The notes below the pieces were generated by a model that saw only the letters and a program-made list of their open reading frames with translations, was not told the DNA's origin and searched no databases. This document shows positions 8,174 to 17,146 of a stretch of 41,141 bases of DNA, piece by piece. Made by a program: the position numbers and the translations under genes. Numbering within the stretch: position 1 is the stretch's first letter; every line of letters starts with the position of its first letter. Source of the DNA: an uncultured Bordetella sp. (GTDB lineage Bacteria; Pseudomonadota; Gammaproteobacteria; Burkholderiales; JACQAP01); contig CAYODB010000006.1 of the NCBI GenBank assembly GCA_964402495.1, forward strand, positions 1 to 41,141, in the 5' to 3' direction.

Positions 8174-9067
8174 CTAACGCGCTTTCGCCTGGTTCAGGTA
8201 CTTCACATATATGTTCGTAATGGCCAGCACCATGATCAGCACGATATAAGCCATGGCGCAGGACTTGCCCGTCTGCCATTCCTGGAACGCCATCTTGTAC
8301 AACCGGATCGCGATCAGTTCGGTCGAATCCATGCTGGTCATGATGAAGGCCAAATCAAAAGTCTTGAACGCCTCCATGGTGCGGAAAATGATCGCGATCA
8401 GCAGCAGTGGCGTGACCAGCGGCAGCGTGATCCGGGTAAAGGTGTACCAGCGCGACGCGCGGTCGATGGCCGCCGCTTCATAGAGGTGCTGCGGAATTGC
8501 CGACAACCCGGCGAGCGAGAGCAGCATGACGAAGGGCGACCACATCCAGATGTCGGTCAGCGCCACGGCGTAGAGCGCGACTTCCGCGTCGGACAGCCAC
8601 TCGAAGTCTTCGAGGCCGAGGGCGTAATTAATGATGCCCCACGAAGGGCTGTACAGCAGTTGCCAGAACAGGCCGACCACGGCCATGGACATCATCATCG
8701 GCAACAGCAGCAGCGTGGTGACCAGACCCTTGGCCGGCACCTTGCGGTTGAGCAGCAGGGCCACGCCGAAACCCACCAGCACCTGACCGCCGACGGAAAC
8801 GAGCACGTACTTGGCGGTGATGGTGAAGTTGTTCCAGACATACGGGTCGGAAAGCAATTCCCGGTAGTTCTGCAATCCGACAAAATTGGCCGCGTCGTTG
8901 GACGACGCGCGGAAATCGGTGAACGAATAGCCGAGCGAATAGATCAGCGGAAAAATATTGAAAACGATCAGGAAAATGATCGTCGGCACAATGAACACGT
9001 TGCGGATGGCGATGTCGCTCAAGCCCCGCCTCGCCGCGGCGGAGCCAGGATCCAGCCTGGCCAACAT
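8174..9067 (-). CDS. Carbohydrate ABC transporter permease (MalF-like)
   Basis: FVGLQNY, LYEAAAIDRAS (EAA loop), ITLPL, multiple TM segments. Confidence 0.95.
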   Translation of the reverse strand: MLARLDPGSAAARRGLSDIAIRNVFIVPTIIFLIVFNIFPLIYSLGYSFTDFRASSNDAANFVGLQNYRELLSDPYVWNNFTITAKYVLVSVGGQVLVGFGVALLLNRKVPAKGLVTTLLLLPMMMSMAVVGLFWQLLYSPSWGIINYALGLEDFEWLSDAEVALYAVALTDIWMWSPFVMLLSLAGLSAIPQHLYEAAAIDRASRWYTFTRITLPLVTPLLLIAIIFRTMEAFKTFDLAFIMTSMDSTELIAIRLYKMAFQEWQTGKSCAMAYIVLIMVLAITNIYVKYLNQAKAR

Positions 9068-9136
9068 GGTCTTTCGTCTCCTCCTGCGCGGCCGCGTCTG
9101 TCGCGCGTCTTGCGCAGAACAGGTAAATGAGTGAAT

Positions 9137-9230
9137 GCGCGAAGGGGGAAGGCGTGAAGAGGGAAGGGTGTAATGCTTTCAAGCGTCTTTACCCTTCACG
9201 CCTTCCCCCTTCACCCTTCCCCCTTCACGC
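9137..9230. repeat. Short inverted-repeat element with purine-rich heptamer-like arms
   Basis: gaagggggaaggcgtgaag (9141-9159) is the perfect reverse complement of 9194-9212; more degenerate units lie either side. Confidence 0.8.
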
Positions 9231-9243
9231 CGTCCTCGCAACA

Positions 9244-9271
9244 AGCGGGGAGGACCGTAGCCCTCCCCGCT
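9244..9271 (-). terminator. Stem-loop after the binding-protein gene (mRNA-stabilising hairpin or weak terminator)
   Basis: AGCGGGGAGG / CCTCCCCGCT 10-bp stem, no clear U-tract. Confidence 0.5.
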
Positions 9272-9284
9272 GCGCGCAAACAAC

Positions 9285-10601
9285 TTACTTGAGGTGTCCG
9301 TACTTCCTGAAAGTCTTGTCCCAGTCGTTGGCGATTCCGGCCATGGCTTCCTCAGCCGTGCCCTTGTTGCCGACCACGAACGGATGCAGGCGCTTGTTCA
9401 TCGAGTCCAGCAATTCCGCATACTCCGGAACCGCCCAGAAATCCTTCACCATGAACATGGTCTGGTAGAAGGCTTCGTTGTAGGGCGTGGCCTTGCGGAA
9501 CTCGTCGGACTTGAGCACGTTGGCGTTGCAGGTATAGCCGCCAAGCGCGGCCCACTTCTTCTGCACGTCTTCCTTGATGAACCACTCCAGGAACTTCATG
9601 GACTCCGCCTGCTTCTTCGAGTACTTGATCACCGACACGCCCTGGCCGCCGAGCGCCGCGAAGCGCTTGCCGGTGGGGCCTTCCGGATTGGCGAAGTAGC
9701 CAGTCACCTTGGCGTGCTTGTTGGTCGCTGGATTGGTCAGCGCCGGGAAGAAAGCGAAGAAGTTCATGCTCATCGCCGCCAGGCCTTCCGTGATCGCCTG
9801 GTTGTTTTCCATGAAGAACACCTTGCCCCAGCCTGGCGGGGTGTATTTGTACAGCTCCTTGTAGAACTTGAGCGCGTCGACCGCGACCTTGTTGTCGATG
9901 ACACCCTTGACCTTATAGGTCTTGTAGTCGCCGAGTTCGCCGCCGAATCCGAACAGCACGTTCTCGTAGCCCATCACCAGCGCGTCATAGCTGTTGTCGG
10001 TATAGATGGCGATGCCGTAACGCTTCTGGTCCGGACGATGGAAGAACTCGGCGATGTCGCGCATCTGCGCCCAGGTCTTGGGCACCGCGAGGTCATAACC
10101 GAATTTCTTCTTGAACGCGGTCTTTTCCTTCGGATCCTCGAACCAGTCCTTGCGGTAGGACCAGCCGGTGGCGTCGCCTTCGAGCGGCACGGCCCAGTAC
10201 TTGCCGCTGCCCTTCGGGTATTCCGCGTAGCCGGCAACGGTCGCGGGCGCCATGCTCTTGTCCACGCCGTGCTTCTTGAAGAAATCGGTCAGGTCAACGT
10301 AATGGCCGTTGGTCGAGCCCGCGCCCAGCCACTGGGAATCGCCGACCACCATGTCGTAGGCGTCGCCGCGTGCCGCAAACTCGCGGAATGCCTTGGTCTG
10401 GAAGTCCGGCCACGGCGTGGTTTCCACCGTCACCTTCACCCCGGTCTGTTTTTCGTAGTCCTTGACCAGCTCCTGCAGGTAGTTCGCAGGATCCCACTGC
10501 GCCCACAGGATCTTCAGCGTTTCCGCGGCGGACGCCGAATTGCCGGCGAGCGCGAAAACCGCACCGGCCAGCAGGCCGGCCCATTTTTGCTTGTTCATCA
10601 C
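9285..10601 (-). CDS. Sugar/polyol ABC transporter extracellular solute-binding protein (family 1)
   Basis: Signal peptide ending ASA-AE, YEKQTGVKVTVETTPW, YDMVVGDSQW, YRKDWFED, PKTW. Confidence 0.93.
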   Translation of the reverse strand: MMNKQKWAGLLAGAVFALAGNSASAAETLKILWAQWDPANYLQELVKDYEKQTGVKVTVETTPWPDFQTKAFREFAARGDAYDMVVGDSQWLGAGSTNGHYVDLTDFFKKHGVDKSMAPATVAGYAEYPKGSGKYWAVPLEGDATGWSYRKDWFEDPKEKTAFKKKFGYDLAVPKTWAQMRDIAEFFHRPDQKRYGIAIYTDNSYDALVMGYENVLFGFGGELGDYKTYKVKGVIDNKVAVDALKFYKELYKYTPPGWGKVFFMENNQAITEGLAAMSMNFFAFFPALTNPATNKHAKVTGYFANPEGPTGKRFAALGGQGVSVIKYSKKQAESMKFLEWFIKEDVQKKWAALGGYTCNANVLKSDEFRKATPYNEAFYQTMFMVKDFWAVPEYAELLDSMNKRLHPFVVGNKGTAEEAMAGIANDWDKTFRKYGHLK

Positions 10602-10723
10602 TTCCTCCTCCTCGTTGCGTTGGTCTTGTATGTGCCCCCGCTCCGCTCCTGAACCGCAAGCCGGCCGGTTGCCCCCACAACTAAAATCGCGGTCTTACCG
10701 CCGCGTTCCACAATCAAAGCTGC

Positions 10724-11467
10724 TTACTTTGCTTTTGCACGACTCCTTTTGGCCGCCAGCGTACTCCTGCTGCGGACTCCATTGCCGCGGACTACTTTGC
10801 TGCGCGCCGGGCTTGCAGCCGCCAGCCGCCGGCCATGGGATTCTTCCTTCAACGCCGCCTGGATCAGCGCGTGGCAGGTCCACAGCGCCACTTCCTCCGC
10901 GCGCTTGCCGTCCAGGCCCCAGATGTCCTTGAGCACAACGAAGGCTTCGGTGCCGAAAATCAGGCTCATTGCCTGCGTCAGGCGTTTGAACCCGTCCTGC
11001 GTAATCCTGGCCTTCAAGGGCTGCAACGCCGAATTGAGCAAACCGATGCGATGCCCGCGTACCATGGGCGCCTCGTCACCCAGCAAACCCGCATGGCGGC
11101 GCGCCCACTGGTCCAGCGCCAGCCGCAGCGCCGCCTTCAGCGTCGCCTCGTAGTTCTCCATCCGCGGGTAGGCGAAGGTCACCAGCTCGGTGACCCGCTC
11201 CTCCGGATCGGTCGAATCCGAGGTCCAGGCCAGGATGGGGCCGAGCGCCTCGTCCACCGCGGCTTGTATGAGCGCAGCCTGGGTCGGGAAATAACGGTAC
11301 GCGGTCGCCCTCGACACCTGCGCCGCCTCGGCCACGTCGCTGACCGACGGAATCAGTCCGGCCTGCATCAAACGCATCGCGGCATCCAGCATGATCTTGC
11401 GCATGCGGGCGCGCGGACCCTTGTCGGCGGATTCTGTGAGACGCCGTTCTTGACCTGAGACTAGCAT
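10724..11467 (-). CDS. TetR/AcrR family transcriptional regulator
   Basis: C-terminal 247 aa of the 936-aa track ORF; HTH SVSDVAEAAQVSRATAYRYFPT; start taken as ATG 11467. Confidence 0.88.
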   Translation of the reverse strand: MLVSGQERRLTESADKGPRARMRKIMLDAAMRLMQAGLIPSVSDVAEAAQVSRATAYRYFPTQAALIQAAVDEALGPILAWTSDSTDPEERVTELVTFAYPRMENYEATLKAALRLALDQWARRHAGLLGDEAPMVRGHRIGLLNSALQPLKARITQDGFKRLTQAMSLIFGTEAFVVLKDIWGLDGKRAEEVALWTCHALIQAALKEESHGRRLAAASPARSKVVRGNGVRSRSTLAAKRSRAKAK

Positions 11468-11490
11468 CTCAATACGATACCAGCGTCTAA
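11437..11490. promoter_or_regulatory. Three tandem imperfect palindromes, putative TetR operators
   Basis: TGAGACgccgTTCTTG (11437), TGAGACtagcATCTCA (11456), CGATACcagcGTCTAA (11475); 19-nt period, overlapping the tetR start. Confidence 0.55.
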
Positions 11491-11686
11491 CAAAAAAACA
11501 ACGATCCTCCGTGAATTTCAACGTTGCGTCGCAGCAGCGAACGGAAGCGGGCTTGAGGTTTTGCTTTCGCGGGAAATCCGGACGGCATCTCTGTTCTCCG
11601 GTTGGTTGCGCGCGCGATGACGGCGCAACCGCTTCCCTCCTTCGCCGCAGACACTTACGGGACCAATCAGGCAAAGAGCGACGCGG

Positions 11687-12880
11687 ATGAAGCGCGTATA
11701 CGTGGTCGGCACCGCCGACACCAAAGGTCCGGAGCTTCTTTACATGAAGTCGCTGATCGAAGCGGCCGGCAGTCCCGCGACCCTGGTCAACGTCGGCATC
11801 CGGGAGCCCCAGGTCGAAGCCGACGTGGCGGCCGCGGAAGTTGCCGCGCTGCATCCGCGCGGCGCACGGTACATACTGGACGCCACCGATCGCGGAATCG
11901 CCGTTGAAGCCATGGGCGAAGCGTTCGCTGCATATATAGCCGCACGCAAGGACATGGCCGGAATCGTCGGCATCGGCGGTAGCGGCGGCACTTCCATCGT
12001 TACCGCGGGTATGCGCCGGCTGCCGGTCGGACTGCCCAAGCTTATGGTTTCGACGCTCGCTGCGGGTGATGTCGCCCAGTTTGTCGGCGCGAGCGACATT
12101 GCGATGATGTATTCGGTCACCGACGTCGCCGGACTCAACCGCATCAGCAGATTGGTGCTCGGCAACGCAGCGCACGCCATTGCCGGAATGGCCAGCCGCA
12201 CCGCTCCGGTCGCAGGCGCGAAGCCGGCAATCGGCCTGACGATGTTCGGCGTAACCACCCCCTGCGTCACCCAGGTCGCCCAGGCGCTCGATCACGACTA
12301 CGACTGCCTCGTGTTTCATGCGACAGGGACAGGCGGCCAGTCGATGGAGCGGCTGGCGGACAGCGGCATGCTCGTAGGCGTCATCGACGTCACCACGACG
12401 GAAGTCTGCGATCACCTTGTCGGCGGCGTATTGTCCGCCGGGCCGGACCGCCTGGGCGCCATCGCCCGCAGCGGCGTGCCCTATGTCGGATCGGCCGGCG
12501 CGCTCGACATGGTGAACTTCTGGGCAATGGATACCGTGCCCGAGCGCTTTCGTAACCGGAAACTCTACAAGCACAACCCAAACGTCACGCTGATGCGCAC
12601 TACTGCGGATGAATGCCGCGACATCGGCACCTGGATCGCGCAGAAATTGAACGCCTGCGAAGGCCCCGTCCGCTTCCTGATCCCTGAGAAAGGCGTATCG
12701 GCCCTCGACGCTCCGGGCCAGGCCTTCCACGATCCCGAAGCCGACCAGGCCCTGTTCGACGCCCTGGAAACGACGCTCAGGCAAACAGCGGCAAGGCGCC
12801 TCTTGCGCCTGCCCTTCCATATCAACGACCCGCAGTTCTCCGCCGCACTGGTGGAGAACTTCCGGGCCATCATCCCTTAG
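11687..12880 (+). CDS. Tm-1-like ATP-binding domain protein (UPF0261)
   Basis: [74 protein letters not shown]. Confidence 0.9.
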   Translation: MKRVYVVGTADTKGPELLYMKSLIEAAGSPATLVNVGIREPQVEADVAAAEVAALHPRGARYILDATDRGIAVEAMGEAFAAYIAARKDMAGIVGIGGSGGTSIVTAGMRRLPVGLPKLMVSTLAAGDVAQFVGASDIAMMYSVTDVAGLNRISRLVLGNAAHAIAGMASRTAPVAGAKPAIGLTMFGVTTPCVTQVAQALDHDYDCLVFHATGTGGQSMERLADSGMLVGVIDVTTTEVCDHLVGGVLSAGPDRLGAIARSGVPYVGSAGALDMVNFWAMDTVPERFRNRKLYKHNPNVTLMRTTADECRDIGTWIAQKLNACEGPVRFLIPEKGVSALDAPGQAFHDPEADQALFDALETTLRQTAARRLLRLPFHINDPQFSAALVENFRAIIP

Positions 12881-12898
12881 CACAAGGAAACCCGTTTC

Positions 12899-13729
12899 AT
12901 GGCCGCAATCGAAAGAAAGGCAATCCTCGATAAATTCCGCGACATGGTGAAGCGCCGCGTGCCCATCGTCGGCGGCGGCGCGGGAACCGGCCTGTCCGCA
13001 AAATGCGAAGAAGCCGGCGGCATCGACCTCATCATCATCTACAACTCCGGCCGCTACCGGATGGCGGGCCGCGGCTCGGCCGCGGGTTTGCTGGCGTATG
13101 GAAATGCCAATCAGATCGTCAAGGAAATGGCCGTGGAAGTCCTTCCGGTCGTGAAAAAAACCCCGGTTCTGGCGGGCGTGAATGGTACCGATCCATTCGT
13201 GCTGATGCCGCAGTTCCTGGCCGAGCTCAAGGTTCTGGGATTTTCCGGCGTGCAGAACTTCCCCACCATCGGCCTGTTCGACGGCGTGATGCGCGCCAGC
13301 TTCGAGGAAACTGGCATGGGCTATGGGCTCGAAGTGGACATGATCAAACTGGCCCATGAGCAGGACCTGCTGACCACGCCCTATGTCTTCAACGCCGCGG
13401 AAGCGGAAGCCATGACGGCCGCCGGTGCCGACATCGTCGTCGCGCACATGGGCGTCACGGTTGGCGGCACCATCGGCGCCTCCTCGGCGAAAAGCCTGGA
13501 CACCTGCGTCAAGGAAATCGACGCCATCGCGCAAGCCGCGATGCGCATCCGCAAGGACGTGATCGTGCTATGCCACGGCGGCCCCATCGCCTCACCGCAG
13601 GATGCCGACTACATCCTCAAGTGCACGCAAAACTGCCACGGCTTCTATGGTGCGAGCAGCATGGAGCGCCTGCCAACCGAAGTCGCTTTGACCGAACAGA
13701 CCCGCAAGTTCAAGGCTATTCAATTCTAG
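12899..13729 (+). CDS. TIM-barrel phosphoenolpyruvate-hydrolase-like / TIM-barrel signal transduction family protein
   Basis: [62 protein letters not shown]. Confidence 0.9.
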   Translation: MAAIERKAILDKFRDMVKRRVPIVGGGAGTGLSAKCEEAGGIDLIIIYNSGRYRMAGRGSAAGLLAYGNANQIVKEMAVEVLPVVKKTPVLAGVNGTDPFVLMPQFLAELKVLGFSGVQNFPTIGLFDGVMRASFEETGMGYGLEVDMIKLAHEQDLLTTPYVFNAAEAEAMTAAGADIVVAHMGVTVGGTIGASSAKSLDTCVKEIDAIAQAAMRIRKDVIVLCHGGPIASPQDADYILKCTQNCHGFYGASSMERLPTEVALTEQTRKFKAIQF

Positions 13730-13730
13730 A

Positions 13731-13890
13731 TCTTGAACCACGGAGGACACGGAGGAGAACAAGAAAGATTTCCCCAAAAGGGTGATGTGGTATATGACCC
13801 TTTGCAGACACGGCAAACAATCTGCAGATATTTTTCCCGGCATGTTTTCCTGATTTTCTCCGTGCTCTCCGTGTCCTCCGTGGTTCAAGA
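13731..13890. repeat. CRCRRAG-family inverted-repeat element, complete copy
   Basis: Perfect 24-bp arms tcttgaaccacggaggacacggag (13731-13754) and its reverse complement (13867-13890). Confidence 0.9.
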
Positions 13891-13912
13891 ACTAACAAAG
13901 GGAGAGATAGAA

Positions 13913-14353
13913 ATGATCAAGGTCTATCGAAGCGCCATCATCCATGCGGCGGCGGACAAGGTCTGGAAGCTGATCCGCGACTTCAACGGCCTGCCGAAAT
14001 GGCATCCGGCCATCGCCACCAGCGAGATCGAAGGCGGCCTTCCCGCCGACCAGGTCGGCTGTGTGCGCCGCTTCACGCGCAGGAGCGACGGCGGCCTGTT
14101 GCGCGAGCAGTTGCTCTCGCTCGCGGATGACACCCGCACCCTGACCTACAACATCCTGATATCACCGATGCCGGTGGCGAACTACATGGCCGGCATGCGT
14201 TTCACCCCCATCACCATGGGCGGCGGCACCTTTGCCGAATGGTGGGCAGTGTTCGACGTGACTTCCGGGCCGCCGCAAGTCACCGCTGATGACATCGGCG
14301 ACAACGTATTCGTCGTCGGCTTCGCTTCGATCAATAAGCTGCTCGGACGCTGA
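13913..14353 (+). CDS. SRPBCC / polyketide-cyclase-like ligand-binding protein
   Basis: Start MIKVYRS after GGAGAG; DKVWKLIRDFNGLPKWHP, GCVRRF. Confidence 0.88.
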   Translation: MIKVYRSAIIHAAADKVWKLIRDFNGLPKWHPAIATSEIEGGLPADQVGCVRRFTRRSDGGLLREQLLSLADDTRTLTYNILISPMPVANYMAGMRFTPITMGGGTFAEWWAVFDVTSGPPQVTADDIGDNVFVVGFASINKLLGR

Positions 14354-14363
14354 GGAGCCCACC

Positions 14364-14807
14364 ATGACAAAAATCTTCGTCAGCGCCGTCATCGATGCCC
14401 CCGTCGAAAAGGTGTGGGCCCAGGTGCGCGACTTCAACAACATGCCGGACTGGCATCCGAAATTTTCTCGCAGCCACATCGAAGGCGGGCTGCCCAGCGA
14501 CCAGGTCGGCTGCATCCGCAATTTCGACATTGCCGGGGGTGGCGGCACCATCCGCGAACGCCTGCTTGAACTTTCCGATCTCGAGCACAGTTTCCGCTAT
14601 TGCATCCTGACCTCGCCGCTCCCGGTCGAAGGCTATGTCGCGCAACTGACGCTCTATCCCGTTACGGTCGGCAACAAGACCGTGGGCATCTGGACCGCCG
14701 AGTTCGAAGTCACCAATGGCGACGAGGCCGGCGTCGTGGATGCAGTGGGCAATGGCACCTTCGGCAAGGCTTTCGAGGTTCTGAACGACAGGCTCGCGAA
14801 GCGCTGA
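14364..14807 (+). CDS. SRPBCC / polyketide-cyclase-like ligand-binding protein (tandem paralog)
   Basis: Start MTKIFVS after GAGGAG; EKVWAQVRDFNNMPDWHP; IEGGLP.DQVGC.R.F shared with the previous gene. Confidence 0.88.
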   Translation: MTKIFVSAVIDAPVEKVWAQVRDFNNMPDWHPKFSRSHIEGGLPSDQVGCIRNFDIAGGGGTIRERLLELSDLEHSFRYCILTSPLPVEGYVAQLTLYPVTVGNKTVGIWTAEFEVTNGDEAGVVDAVGNGTFGKAFEVLNDRLAKR

Positions 14808-15058
14808 ACCGTCCGGGTGCCGGCTGGTCGAACATCCATCCGCCTGAATGGGGATGGCACCGCTTATGCAAACGGAGGTTTTAATGAGTCGGGTATTCCT
14901 CAGCGTCCTAATGCTGCCGGGCATGGTCTGAGCTGAGGCGGGTGCCCTTGGCATTTTGAACTGTTTTATGAGGCTCCAGTCTACCCGGAACCATGCAGCT
15001 TCGCGATGGCGACGCGCATGCCATATAACCCGAGAACAACCGGCACAAGGAGCTCACC

Positions 15059-15619
15059 ATGAACTTTCGCAAGCTTGTATGTACGGCCGCAGTAAGCCTG
15101 GCGGCCATTCTCCCGACCCTTCCTGCCCAGGCCGACAGCGGGGTCTATGTCGGTGGCGGCATTGGCAGCGCCAAGCTCGATGACAGCACTGGCAATTCCG
15201 GTGGCGTCGATTTCGATGAGTCGGATACGGCGTGGAAAGGTTTCATCGGTTACAACTTCGATGTCCTGCCGCTGGTCAAGTTCGCGGCCGAAGTCGGGTA
15301 TCGCGACCTCGGCAACCCCAGCGGAACATTCGGCGGTGTCCCTGTGGAATACAGCGCCAAGGGCCTGGACTATGGGGTTCTGGCGGGAGTCGGTCTCGGT
15401 CCGGTTGACCTGTTCGCGCGCCTCGGCGGCATGCAATACGACCTGGAAAAAAACATCGGCGGAATCAGGCAGGACTTCGATGGCACGGCGCCCGTCTACG
15501 GCGTCAGCGCGTGGTTTACCCTGTTCGGCGTTGGCGTGCGCGCCGAATACGAGAAAATCGACATCGACGAGCTCGACAATGCGCAGATGCTATCTGTGAG
15601 CGCGTTTTACAAATTCTGA
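15059..15619 (+). CDS. Outer-membrane beta-barrel protein (OmpA transmembrane-like)
   Basis: Signal peptide AQA-D, YVGGGIG, GYNF, EVGYRDLG, RAEYE, C-terminal YKF. Confidence 0.85.
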   Translation: MNFRKLVCTAAVSLAAILPTLPAQADSGVYVGGGIGSAKLDDSTGNSGGVDFDESDTAWKGFIGYNFDVLPLVKFAAEVGYRDLGNPSGTFGGVPVEYSAKGLDYGVLAGVGLGPVDLFARLGGMQYDLEKNIGGIRQDFDGTAPVYGVSAWFTLFGVGVRAEYEKIDIDELDNAQMLSVSAFYKF

Positions 15620-15749
15620 TTCGTCCGGCAAGCGGGCGGCAGACGGAGAACCGATCGTCTATAGGAACAGGTTCGACCGCAGAAATTTGTGCCAGCAATA
15701 GCACTCCTTCCAGTGGGTGCGGTCATGATCGTCCGCCGGTTGCGCCCTC

Positions 15750-16685
15750 CTACACCCTGGTCACCAGCGGCTTTCCGGCGAAGAACAAGGCAAGGTTGTC
15801 GACGACCAGTTGACCCATCGCCGCACGCGTCTGGTGCGTGCCGCTGGAAACATGCGGCTGCAGCACGACGTTATCGAGCTTGAGCAAGGCTTCAGGCACC
15901 TTTGGTTCGGCCACGAACACATCGAGGCCCGCGCCCGCCAGCCTGCCGTTGACCAGCGCATCCACGAGGGCCGGTTCATCCACCGTCGAGCCACGCGACA
16001 CGTTGATCAGATAACCGGCCTTGCCCAGGGCATCGATCACATCGCGGCTGGCGATCCGTTCCGTGCCCTTGCCGCCGGGGCAGGCCAGCACCAGGACGTC
16101 GATGTTGCGCGCCATTTCGACGGGATTCGGATAAAAGTCGTAGGAAACGTCGGCTTGCTGCTGGCGTCCGTGATAGGACACCTTCATGCCGAATGCCTCG
16201 GCGCGCTTCGCGATCGCCTTGCCGATGCGTCCGAGCCCGATGATGCCGAGGCGACTGCCCGATACCTTGTCCGCCAGGGGCGCTCCGCCCTTGAGCCACT
16301 TGCCAGCGCGCACAAAGCTGTCGTTGAACACGGTACGCCGCATCGTTGCGAGCAGGAGCACCAGCGCATTGTCGGCCACGCATTCGGTCAGCACATCGGG
16401 CGTATTGGTAACCGCAATGCCCAACTCTCGCGCGGCCGGCACGTCGATGCCGTCCACGCCCACGCCGAAGCAGGAAATGATCTTCAGCTTCGGGAAGCGT
16501 TTCATCAACGCAACCGTCATGCCTTCATGCCCCGCGGTGGCGACCGCGGTAATGCGATCTGCGGTGCTCTTGATGAAGGCTTCTTTGTCGGCAGCTTCGT
16601 AGTAACGATGCACCGTATAGGCCGCATCGAGCTGTTTCATGGTTGCAGGGAAAAGCGGACAGATCAGCAGCAAATCGGGTTTCAT
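15750..16685 (-). CDS. D-isomer-specific 2-hydroxyacid dehydrogenase
   Basis: GVGVDGID, TNTPDVLT, GIIGLGRIG, INVSRG, LDVFVAEP, LQPHVSS. Confidence 0.93.
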   Translation of the reverse strand: MKPDLLLICPLFPATMKQLDAAYTVHRYYEAADKEAFIKSTADRITAVATAGHEGMTVALMKRFPKLKIISCFGVGVDGIDVPAARELGIAVTNTPDVLTECVADNALVLLLATMRRTVFNDSFVRAGKWLKGGAPLADKVSGSRLGIIGLGRIGKAIAKRAEAFGMKVSYHGRQQQADVSYDFYPNPVEMARNIDVLVLACPGGKGTERIASRDVIDALGKAGYLINVSRGSTVDEPALVDALVNGRLAGAGLDVFVAEPKVPEALLKLDNVVLQPHVSSGTHQTRAAMGQLVVDNLALFFAGKPLVTRV

Positions 16686-16744
16686 CGGAAAGTCGCCTCT
16701 TGTTGGCAGAGTGAATTCTACCGGCTACGGCCCGAACCTGGCTT

Positions 16745-17068
16745 TTATGGGGCCCTCACCCATTGCCTCAGATCCCAGGGCTCGTAGAGGGTCCATATGT
16801 AATCCGTCGTCGAGTTTTCGCGCAGATGATGGATGTTCTGGTTTTCGGCCTGGTCGATGAACTGCTCGAATATCGCCAGGCTGGGGAACTCGACCACGAT
16901 CATCTGCCGGCGCGTCGTATCGCCGTGCATTTCGCGCAGCGGTCCGGCACCGGCGCTCACCACCTTGCCGCCCAGGCCGAAGATGATGCGGCCCGCCTTG
17001 ACCGAATAGTCGCGGTACTCGTTTTCCCGGCCTGGAATGAGATTGAAGACGTTCAATGCATAAATCAT
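16745..17068 (-). CDS. DUF1330-like dimeric alpha/beta barrel protein
   Basis: MIYALNVFNLIPGRENEYRDY...GGKVV...IVVEFPS; true start inferred at 17068 within the longer track ORF. Confidence 0.72.
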   Translation of the reverse strand: MIYALNVFNLIPGRENEYRDYSVKAGRIIFGLGGKVVSAGAGPLREMHGDTTRRQMIVVEFPSLAIFEQFIDQAENQNIHHLRENSTTDYIWTLYEPWDLRQWVRAP

Positions 17069-17146
17069 CGCAAACTCCGCAACAAGGGAAGGAGGGACAT
17101 TCCGGTAGAATGTTACGCGACAATCAAAATCTAATGGGAGGACAGT

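Noticed and set aside
10724-13534. 936-aa ORF as a giant TetR fusion
   Set aside because: The N-terminal ~690 aa is the antisense shadow of the two well-supported plus-strand genes and the intergenic gap; only 10724-11467 looks like real protein.
13592-13912. ORFs starting MNHGGHG(E/G) here, at 38362-38565 and at 40142-40879
   Set aside because: They are translations of the repeat arms, not a His-rich protein family.
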